Assembly (NCBI GenBank): GCA_018396405.1 | Contig: JAGTQD010000003.1 | Coordinates: 61 to 64,060 of the forward strand | From: Candidatus Bathyarchaeota archaeon | Lineage (GTDB): Archaea > Thermoproteota > Bathyarchaeia > Bathyarchaeales > DTEX01 | Reading direction: 5' to 3' | DNA length: 64,000 bases | Shown here: one piece after another, positions 52,520-60,059 of the stretch | Numbering within the stretch: position 1 is the first letter of the stretch | How the letters are laid out: every line of letters begins with the position of its first letter | Program-made: the position numbers and the translations under genes | The notes under the pieces: generated by a model | What the model was told of the DNA's origin: nothing | Seen by the model: only the letters and a program-made list of their open reading frames with translations | Database searches by the model: none

Positions 52520-53671
52520 ATGGAAGACTCATGGAGAGGTAGGAGTAATCTAGCACTTCTCACACTAGCTCTCCTTTCGTTCATAGCTCTCTCTAACATA
52601 TACTATTTTGGAAAACCTGTTGCTGAGGAAAGGTCATTTAAGCTTACTGTTAGAGCCGTCTATGAAAATAGGAGCCTAAATGAGACGTGGATTTTAAATG
52701 AGACTGATCTCACCCTAGGTTTATTTGCTAATAATAGTTGGCAGAAAGTCTACCTAATGAGCGCAACTCACCCTATAAAAAAATTTTACAACGATCCTGA
52801 TGGAAATTATGTCATCCTACTTGATATTGGCGAGATGAAAGTTCCTCCCGGAGGGAGAATCTCCTATAGCGTTACTTATAGGCTGATTTATAAAGAGAGA
52901 AAACCGCCCATAATATTGGAGGATGAGTCCGGAGAACTGGACGATATACCCAGAGACCTAAAAGAGGAGTATTGTAAGCCAACATCTTTGTGGCAGTCTA
53001 ACCTAACTGAAATCAAGAAACTCGCTCAAGATATAGCTGGCGACGAAAGGAAAGTCCTGAGCATTCTAAAAAAGTTTATTGTTTGGATATCTAGCAACAT
53101 CCACTATGCTACTTTTGAGAGACCAAGATACCCAAATGAAACCCTCAGCCAACGTTTAGGCGACTGCGATGACCAAGCTAACCTACTGATAACCTTCTGC
53201 CGCGCAGTTGGCATACCAGCATACCTCCAAATAGGCTGCATCTACATACCAGATCTTAACAGCAGTCTTTACTACTGGTCTGGACACCTACTTATAAAGG
53301 AGGATAGGGTTGGCTGGCACGGCTGGGCAATGGTCTATGTGCTACCCTGGGGCTGGCTCCCAGTAGACCTAACGTATGTCAGCATGGATTTAAGGCTAAA
53401 CCCCTTAAGTGCAATAGTGAACTCAGCAGTAATAGAACATTATACATTCCAATACCTGAATGTCACCACAACTGACTATGTCCGCGAAATAATTTCCATG
53501 AAAGAGTTCCTTGAGACAAGCGAATTCTACATTTATGAGGAGGATATCATGGAGTTTGAGGAAAAAATCATTTGCCCACGGCTCCCAATAATAAGACCTA
53601 TCTACTCATATACCTTATCTTCAGGTCTGATTACGGCGGGCATAGCTTACTGGAAGCGGTTTCCATCATGA
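52520..53671 (+). CDS. Transglutaminase-like (cysteine-protease-fold) membrane-anchored protein
   Basis: N- and C-terminal TM segments. Core motif RLGDCDDQANLLITFCRAVGIPA with downstream His/Asp candidates. Confidence 0.7.
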   Translation: MEDSWRGRSNLALLTLALLSFIALSNIYYFGKPVAEERSFKLTVRAVYENRSLNETWILNETDLTLGLFANNSWQKVYLMSATHPIKKFYNDPDGNYVILLDIGEMKVPPGGRISYSVTYRLIYKERKPPIILEDESGELDDIPRDLKEEYCKPTSLWQSNLTEIKKLAQDIAGDERKVLSILKKFIVWISSNIHYATFERPRYPNETLSQRLGDCDDQANLLITFCRAVGIPAYLQIGCIYIPDLNSSLYYWSGHLLIKEDRVGWHGWAMVYVLPWGWLPVDLTYVSMDLRLNPLSAIVNSAVIEHYTFQYLNVTTTDYVREIISMKEFLETSEFYIYEEDIMEFEEKIICPRLPIIRPIYSYTLSSGLITAGIAYWKRFPS

Positions 53672-53742
53672 TGCGAATAGTTTATATGCTTAGAAAATAA
53701 ATTCTTGAAAAAGTCTATTCAAAGTAAAAGGAGTATATAGGC

Positions 53743-54102
53743 ATGGTGAAGTTCAAGATAGTGGTTTCAGATCCAAAGAGCGGTAAATCTAAGTCTATTG
53801 AGGTTGAGGGACCAAAGGCTGCCCCATTTATAGGCAAAAAGATAGGTGATACAATCGATGGAGTTGTCATCGGCATGCCCGGAGTAAAACTTCTGATAAC
53901 CGGTGGAAGCGATAAAGATGGCTTCCCAATGAGGCCAGACGTACACGGAGGTGTTAAGACTAGGGTTTTACTTAGCGGTGGACCGGGCTTCAAACCGAAG
54001 GATAAGGGCGAAAGAAGAAGAAAGACCGTCAGAGGAAATATGATAACCGAGGATACCATGCAAATAAATGTTAAGATTATAGAGAAGGAAGAAAAGACAT
54101 AA
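53743..54102 (+). CDS. rps6e: Ribosomal protein S6e (eS6)
   Basis: FKIVVSDPKSGKSKSIEVEG...ITGGSDKDGFPMRPDVHG. Confidence 0.9.
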   Translation: MVKFKIVVSDPKSGKSKSIEVEGPKAAPFIGKKIGDTIDGVVIGMPGVKLLITGGSDKDGFPMRPDVHGGVKTRVLLSGGPGFKPKDKGERRRKTVRGNMITEDTMQINVKIIEKEEKT

Positions 54103-54141
54103 ATGTTAAATTACAGAGAGGAGAATCATTTTTATGAGGAA

Positions 54142-54219
54142 ATGATGCCATTACCCGGGACTGATTCCAATGAATATGCCCTGAATACCTAATAAGATGA
54201 TGAAGAATCCGGATTCTGA
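54142..54219 (+). ncRNA. Candidate C/D-box sRNA (atypical, long internal spacer)
   Basis: ATGATGC (54142-48), 12 nt, then CTGA (54161-64). After a 32-nt spacer comes ATGATGA (54197-203), 12 nt, then CTGA (54216-19). Both box pairs have the exact 12-nt guide spacing. It is intergenic between rps6e and the endA 3' end. The first C box is imperfect and the terminal stem is weak. Confidence 0.3.
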
Positions 54220-54247
54220 TCCACATTATCAATAATTCCATTACAGT

Positions 54248-54814
54248 TTACGCCTTAAACCACTTAAAAATCAGGTACTCAACCTTACCCTTCTCTAGGT
54301 CTGGAACAGCTATTATAAAACGCTTTCTAACACTTGTCGCAAGCCTACCAGCCTTAACTATCTCTGTTGGGGTTATCTCATCCTTTCCGCTTTTAACCGA
54401 GACAATATACGGCGCGTGCTCAAGCCCTGGGCCAACCTTATATACTGCGAAGTCGCATCCAAACTTAACGCCCGGCGTCACAATAAGCCCCCTATCCCTC
54501 AAATCCTTATACACAGCATATTTTAGATCAAAGTTTTCGTAAACTCTTTTAGTTTTGTTTCTCAGATCCCTTATGCCAACTTTATTTTTGTTTTGGCCCT
54601 CGTAAACCGTAATTATACCTTTCTCAAGAAGGTAAAGTCCCTCCATTAGGTCAAGGATTAATGGGACATTGAAGTCTGGGCTCTTCGGCTTCGGTATCCC
54701 AAGTGGTTTTCCATAAAAGCCCATTTTATAGAGTTCTGACCCATCTTTTGGGTTCCATACTACTAAGAAATTCTCTATGAGTTCTGCTTCAATCCTCCTC
54801 TTTTTGCTTTTCAT
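54248..54814 (-). CDS. endA: tRNA-splicing endonuclease
   Basis: 188 aa. LDLMEGLYLLEKGIITV...YAVYKDLRDRGLIV...GCDFAVYK...HAPYIVSV. The catalytic Tyr/His/Lys contexts are present. Confidence 0.85.
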   Translation of the reverse strand: MKSKKRRIEAELIENFLVVWNPKDGSELYKMGFYGKPLGIPKPKSPDFNVPLILDLMEGLYLLEKGIITVYEGQNKNKVGIRDLRNKTKRVYENFDLKYAVYKDLRDRGLIVTPGVKFGCDFAVYKVGPGLEHAPYIVSVKSGKDEITPTEIVKAGRLATSVRKRFIIAVPDLEKGKVEYLIFKWFKA

Positions 54815-54833
54815 CTTATTGGCATAATCCCTC

Positions 54834-55514
54834 CTAAAGAGTCAGCGCAAGAATCCTAGCGTTATTTGAGGCATCCTCAATTTTATCAGTGGTATCCTCA
54901 AGAAGCTGTATTATATCTCTTGTAAGAAGGATTTTAGGGATCTCCATATTCTGCTCCAAAACGGTTAATTCAAGTCTCCTATAAAGGTTGTCCACTTCCT
55001 TCTCCATCTGCTCAACTTCTTTAGCCTTCTCAAAGACTTGCGTCGACCCATAACCGAGAGCAAAAGTCATATCTCTAAGTCTCATCATAGCACTAAACAT
55101 TGTGCTAGAAAGCTCGGCTATTCCTCTCCTAATGTCCTCTGGAATATCCCACCCACGCTCAACAATCGCTAGAACCCTGAACGATATCCCCTTACAGAGC
55201 TCAGAAATATCGCTAGTTACAAAAATAAACCTTAGAAAATCTTCACGGTTAATTAATATTGCACCTATCTCAGCAAGCTCCTGCGCAGCACTTCTTTTCG
55301 AAGCCGCAACCTCATCACTCATCTTTTGAATCTCATTATACAGCTGTGTTACAATATTAGCGTCTCCAGCCGCGAAAGCATCAATCAGCTGCACGATCTT
55401 TCTGACAACCTCGATAACTTTCCTCAAATGCTCTTGGCAGAGGCTTAAAGATCTTCTCTTAATGCGCGGCTCAGACTCTATTGGAAAGACCACTAGTAAC
55501 CCCTCTTCCTTCAA
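54834..55514 (-). CDS. DUF47 / PhoU-like (TIGR00153-type) protein
   Basis: Helical protein with a DUF47-like layout. The track ORF (start 55598) overlaps the glyS 3' end by 29 nt. I prefer the in-frame TTG at 55514, with GGAGGTG upstream. The start is uncertain. Confidence 0.6.
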   Translation of the reverse strand: MKEEGLLVVFPIESEPRIKRRSLSLCQEHLRKVIEVVRKIVQLIDAFAAGDANIVTQLYNEIQKMSDEVAASKRSAAQELAEIGAILINREDFLRFIFVTSDISELCKGISFRVLAIVERGWDIPEDIRRGIAELSSTMFSAMMRLRDMTFALGYGSTQVFEKAKEVEQMEKEVDNLYRRLELTVLEQNMEIPKILLTRDIIQLLEDTTDKIEDASNNARILALTL

Positions 55515-55569
55515 AACTTTCTTAGGTGCACCTCCTAAATAAAAAATAGTTGTGAGATATTTTAAAAAT

Positions 55570-57318
55570 CTACCGATGTGGTGTGCCCAGATCCTCAAAG
55601 TTAATCTTAAAACGGAAGTACTTATTTAGGAGGGGTGGCATCTCCGCTATTTTGGTTCTAACCTGCCTCCATGTGTCTCTATCGCGTATTGTTACAGTGT
55701 CATCTCTAAGCGTTTGGTAATCAATTGTTATGCAAAGTGGAACTCCAATTTCGTCGAAGCGTGCATATCTTTTGCCAATGTATCCTGACTCATCATATTC
55801 GACATAAAAGCCCTCGTCAAGGAGAAGACTATATACTTCTTTTGCCTTCTCCGGAAGCCCATCCCTACTAACTAAAGGTAGCACTGCCAGCTGGATTGGG
55901 GCAATATCCCTAGGCAATTTCAGAATAACCCTATCCTCCTTAACCGTATAAGCGTATTCTAGGGCGGCGTACGCTAAACGGTCTGAGCCGAAACTAGGCT
56001 CAATAACATGGGGTATAAAGCGCTTACCCTTCTCCTTAACCCTCACCCTCACGGCTTCAATGTGTCTTGGAGTGATCTTTAAGCCATTTAGGTCAAAGAA
56101 GCCTTGCTTATCAAGTGCTTCAAGGATAGCCTCAGGATTAATGCCCTGCAACATCCTTATGACTTCTGGGGCCTTATCAGCAAAGTCTTCCTTAATATTC
56201 TTTATTACTGGATTTATTTTTATCTCTTCACGCACAGTTTCCTTGTCGCTCTGCTTGAAAACCCTCATGTCTACGCCGCTCTCCCTCATGTGCCCACTTA
56301 GATCATAATCTGTCCTATAATTGAAGCCCGCCACCTCAACCCATCCCCAACGCTCAAGATAAACCTCCTGGTCGAAGCCTTGAGCCGAGTAGTGAGCCCT
56401 CTCCCACGGATATTTCTCTATAAAATGCTGCTTATCTTCCGGTATGCCCAAACTCGTAACTAGGCGTTTAGCTAGGGCCATAAAGAAGGCAAGCCACTCA
56501 ACTATAACATAGCCCTTATTAACAATCTCCCTAACGGTAAGTTCCACTGGTTTCTCATCACCCTTAAGCCTATTCTCTGCTAAAATAAGCCTTAGCTTCT
56601 CATCGGCAACCTCATCTAAAAGATGACATTTCGGGTTCTCCGGATCAAAGAAGAACTCTAAATCTATTATTGTGAACTCCCTGAGCCTTATCGGGCCTTG
56701 CCTCGGGGATATTTCATTTCTCAAAGCATGTCCTATCTGAGCGAATCCTATTGGCAGACGCTCCCTAACCTGCTCATAAAGGCGCTTAAACTCTGTGAAT
56801 ATTCCCTGAGCGGCCTCTGGGCGCCCATACCCTATATTATCAGAGTATGGGCCAATATTCGTCTGAAACATTGTTAAGAAATATTTTGGCTCAGAGAGAA
56901 GCCCGCCGCATTCTGGGCATTTAACGCCATGCTCATTGAGACTCCTTCCAATATCCTCCAGCTTCATTTTATCAGTCTCCTGAGAACTTATCCCAGCAAT
57001 CTCTTGAAGAAGGTGGTCGGCCCTGAACTTCCTCTTACATGCACTACATTCAACCATTGGTTCCTTAAAGTTGTCTATATGCCCAGAAGCCTTAAAAACG
57101 CGCTCTGGGGCGATTATTGGAGTCTCAACCTCATAGAAATTCAGGCGTCTCAGAAATATGTCTCTGAATTTATCTTCTATTCTACGCTTTAGAAGAGCGC
57201 CGAGCGGGCCCCAGCATATAAATCCGCCTACGCCACCATAGATTTCATATGATGGCCAAAAGAAACCCCTTCTGCGTGCCAGCTCACTCACTTTCTCAAA
57301 CTTATCTGAAACCTTCAT
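55570..57318 (-). CDS. glyS: Glycyl-tRNA synthetase (archaeal/eukaryal class II type)
   Basis: RRGFFWPSYEIYGG, FRNEISPR and the class II motif 3 region. ATG 57318 is preceded by GGGGTG with a 6-nt spacer. Confidence 0.9.
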   Translation of the reverse strand: MKVSDKFEKVSELARRRGFFWPSYEIYGGVGGFICWGPLGALLKRRIEDKFRDIFLRRLNFYEVETPIIAPERVFKASGHIDNFKEPMVECSACKRKFRADHLLQEIAGISSQETDKMKLEDIGRSLNEHGVKCPECGGLLSEPKYFLTMFQTNIGPYSDNIGYGRPEAAQGIFTEFKRLYEQVRERLPIGFAQIGHALRNEISPRQGPIRLREFTIIDLEFFFDPENPKCHLLDEVADEKLRLILAENRLKGDEKPVELTVREIVNKGYVIVEWLAFFMALAKRLVTSLGIPEDKQHFIEKYPWERAHYSAQGFDQEVYLERWGWVEVAGFNYRTDYDLSGHMRESGVDMRVFKQSDKETVREEIKINPVIKNIKEDFADKAPEVIRMLQGINPEAILEALDKQGFFDLNGLKITPRHIEAVRVRVKEKGKRFIPHVIEPSFGSDRLAYAALEYAYTVKEDRVILKLPRDIAPIQLAVLPLVSRDGLPEKAKEVYSLLLDEGFYVEYDESGYIGKRYARFDEIGVPLCITIDYQTLRDDTVTIRDRDTWRQVRTKIAEMPPLLNKYFRFKINFEDLGTPHR

Positions 57319-57367
57319 CGCCGACACCCCAAGATCTTTTTCTATACGATATTACCGCTCCTTCCAG

Positions 57368-58966
57368 CTAGCTGGATAGACTTTTACTCATGTATGGGCC
57401 GTCATAGTTATAGCCGAAGCGCATATAATATCTTTTCGTTCCAAGAGCGCTTGTGACGAGAATCTTCTTGCATCCCATATCGGCGCTTATTTCTTCAGCC
57501 TTCTCAAGAAGGATTCTACCGAAACCCTTATGTTGATATTCCTCCCCAGCGCGCCTCCCAACTGGCACAAGCGGGCCTAGAACTCGGAGCTCCCTTATTA
57601 TTGCAGCCTCTTTCCCAGATATCTCAGGTCTATGGGCTAAGCTGGATGGAATTCTTAGCCTCAAGTATCCTATGAGAACATCGTTTACTCGGTCCTCAAC
57701 AGATATAAAGAATTCTTCTCCCATGGATGCATCATAACGCCTAACAATCACCTCAATATTATCTTGGTTTGGTTTAATGCGATCCCTAAGCCATCTATGG
57801 CCCACCTCGCGGCACCTTATACACCTACACCTTAATCCCTCATCTCTAAGCATTTTAAGGGCTATTTCGCGCAGATTGCTGCTTCTCGGCCCATCTTCAA
57901 TCATGTAGGCTGGTATATCCCTCTGAACACGCATTATCCTAACCCACTCTGGGATGATCTTTTTAACCTCGGCTATCAGTCTAGCCGCTTCCTCAGTTAT
58001 ATATGGTTTATATAAGCCCTTAATCCACCAATCATAAACCTTTGTCCCTTTAACCACGAGACATGGATATATTTTAAGCATATCTGGCTTAAAGTCTGGA
58101 TCAGTAAATATTCTCTTAAATGCCTCCAAATCCCTATCAAAGCCTGAACCCGGGAGACCGGGCATCATGTGGTAGACCACCTTGAGCCCCGCATCCTTAG
58201 CTATTCTAGTTGCCTCTATGACATCTTTAACCGTATGACCACGATTAACGAGCACATATATGTCATCATAAATATTTTGTACTCCTATCTCAACACGCGT
58301 GGTTCCATAAAATAGCATTATGTCAACGTGGTGTTCCTTGCACCAGTCTGGACGGGTCTCGACTGTTATGCCAACATTCCTCCTCCGGCTCACCTCCGCG
58401 TTCCTCTTTGCCTCCTCAAGGGAGCGGGATTGAACGCCAGTTATTGCATCGAGACACTCCTTAACAAAGTTCATTTGATAATCAACTGGCATCGCTGGGA
58501 ATGTCCCGCCCATAATTATCAGCTCAATCTTGTCAACGGTATGCCCGATAGATTCGAGCTGCTCAATCCTATGCTTAACCTGTCTGTATGGGTCGAAGTT
58601 AAATTGTAGGCCCCTCATCGTGGCGGGCTCACGCCCAGTATAGCTCTGTGGAACACCATAAGCTGGGCCGCCAGGACAGTATGCGCATGGCTCCTTTTGT
58701 GGACACGGCCAAGGCTTAGCCATCACGGCAATAATTGTTACACCGGAAATCGTCCTTACAACCTTCCTTCTTAAGACTTTGAGTAGGATTGGTCTCTCCT
58801 CTGGCCTTAGATGTCTAATTATTTCAGAGTTGGGTGGTATTGTGCTTAAGCAATATTTTTCTGCAACCCTAATCTTGGCTAGCTGAACGTCTCTCTGCGT
58901 TGGGTTTGGGATTCCTTTAATCTGCTCGATTATTTCTCTGTAAATAGACGCGTTCATCAACACCAA
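57368..58966 (-). CDS. elp3: Elp3-type radical-SAM / GNAT tRNA-modifying acetyltransferase
   Basis: 532 aa. Cys cluster WPCPQKEPCAYCPGG, radical-SAM core, and a C-terminal GNAT (QHKGFGRILLEKAE). The start could be ATG 58957. Confidence 0.85.
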   Translation of the reverse strand: MVLMNASIYREIIEQIKGIPNPTQRDVQLAKIRVAEKYCLSTIPPNSEIIRHLRPEERPILLKVLRRKVVRTISGVTIIAVMAKPWPCPQKEPCAYCPGGPAYGVPQSYTGREPATMRGLQFNFDPYRQVKHRIEQLESIGHTVDKIELIIMGGTFPAMPVDYQMNFVKECLDAITGVQSRSLEEAKRNAEVSRRRNVGITVETRPDWCKEHHVDIMLFYGTTRVEIGVQNIYDDIYVLVNRGHTVKDVIEATRIAKDAGLKVVYHMMPGLPGSGFDRDLEAFKRIFTDPDFKPDMLKIYPCLVVKGTKVYDWWIKGLYKPYITEEAARLIAEVKKIIPEWVRIMRVQRDIPAYMIEDGPRSSNLREIALKMLRDEGLRCRCIRCREVGHRWLRDRIKPNQDNIEVIVRRYDASMGEEFFISVEDRVNDVLIGYLRLRIPSSLAHRPEISGKEAAIIRELRVLGPLVPVGRRAGEEYQHKGFGRILLEKAEEISADMGCKKILVTSALGTKRYYMRFGYNYDGPYMSKSLSS

Positions 58967-59041
58967 CTATTAGGAAAAGTTTATTGGGTCATCTATAAAT
59001 TTACCTTTCCTATAAATAAATTCAATAAGCTGGTGTCATGA

Positions 59042-59260
59042 GTGTGTCTCCTGAAGGTCTATATTGAGGATGCGAGGACTGGGGAAAAGACTTTTGTATC
59101 TGGAAACGCGGCGCTTATATCTGCGGATGGTGAAGCCCTTAGGATCATTGATGTGGAGGGTGCAGAGAAGATTATATCTGGTGTTGACTTCCTAATGATT
59201 GACGCCCTAAAATCCACAATTGTGCTAAGAGTTAAGGGATTGTCTAAGACTGAGAGTTGA
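59042..59260 (+). CDS. cooT: CooT-family small nickel-binding protein
   Basis: 72 aa beginning M-C (GTG TGT), as in the CooT Cys2 Ni site. A small beta protein directly upstream of a CooC-type ATPase. GGTGT lies 5 nt before the start. Confidence 0.55.
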   Translation: MCLLKVYIEDARTGEKTFVSGNAALISADGEALRIIDVEGAEKIISGVDFLMIDALKSTIVLRVKGLSKTES

Positions 59261-59276
59261 GGGGTGGCTGGGGCAC

Positions 59277-60059
59277 ATGAAGATTATGGTTTGCGGCAAA
59301 GGCGGATCTGGAAAAACTGTATTATCGATTCTGATGGCTAAAGCCCTCTTAGAGAAATTTAAAGTATATATAATCGATTCGGATGAGTCGAATACCCTCC
59401 TACCAATCTTCTTAGGAGTTAACCCACCAAAGCCTCTAATCGAATATGTTGGCGGGAAGAGGGAAGAGGAGGATTTCGAGAGGATGGAGCCGGATATCGT
59501 TAAGGCTCTGTCCACGGCTCGTAAAGGTATAAAACTTGGTCTACTCCCCAGCGAATACATGGCGACCTCAAAGGATGGTATAGGACTGATAACGATAGGC
59601 AAGGTTAAGGAGTATGGCGAGGGATGCGCATGCCCATTCAATGTATTGACAAGAATATTGCTTGGAAATTTGAGTTTAGAAAGAGATGAGGTTGTATTAA
59701 TTGATACTGATGCCGGTGTAGAGCACATTGGAAGGAAGATTGAGGAGGTCTCTGATGGAATCCTCACAGTTATTGACCCTACAGCTGAATCCATAGAGAT
59801 TGCGTTGACGCTGAGAGAAGTTGCTGAGAAATTGGGGAAAAGGTTTTGGGCTATAGCCAATAAAGTCACCGATAACATAAGAGATCTCCTCATTGAGGCA
59901 GCTGCTAGTATGGGCTTAAACATAGATGGGCTGGTCAGATTTGACAGGGAACTTTATATTTCATGTCTTAGAAGGGAGCCCTTAAAGGCTGGTAATGCTC
60001 TACTAGATGTCGAAAAGATAGTTAAGGAGAAAATTCTTCCAGCAATAGTTAGAGGTTAA
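59277..60059 (+). CDS. cooC: CooC-type (MinD/ParA-fold) Ni-insertion ATPase
   Basis: Deviant Walker A VCGKGGSGKT and the CxC metal motif GEGCACPFNVL. Confidence 0.75.
   Translation: MKIMVCGKGGSGKTVLSILMAKALLEKFKVYIIDSDESNTLLPIFLGVNPPKPLIEYVGGKREEEDFERMEPDIVKALSTARKGIKLGLLPSEYMATSKDGIGLITIGKVKEYGEGCACPFNVLTRILLGNLSLERDEVVLIDTDAGVEHIGRKIEEVSDGILTVIDPTAESIEIALTLREVAEKLGKRFWAIANKVTDNIRDLLIEAAASMGLNIDGLVRFDRELYISCLRREPLKAGNALLDVEKIVKEKILPAIVRG

Noticed and set aside
54103-54192. 29-codon ORF (MLNYREENHFYEEMMPLPGTDSNEYALNT) whose ATG abuts the rps6e stop codon
   Set aside because: It has no SD-like GGTG upstream, unlike other coupled genes here, and no recognisable family. It overlaps the box motifs of the C/D sRNA candidate. 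I kept it only as an alternative explanation in that finding.
59225-59923. 232-aa minus-strand ORF, the longest unassigned ORF in the track
   Set aside because: It is fully antisense to the CooC-type ATPase gene. Its Ser/Leu/Pro-rich, low-complexity translation is typical of a shadow frame, and it has no start context.
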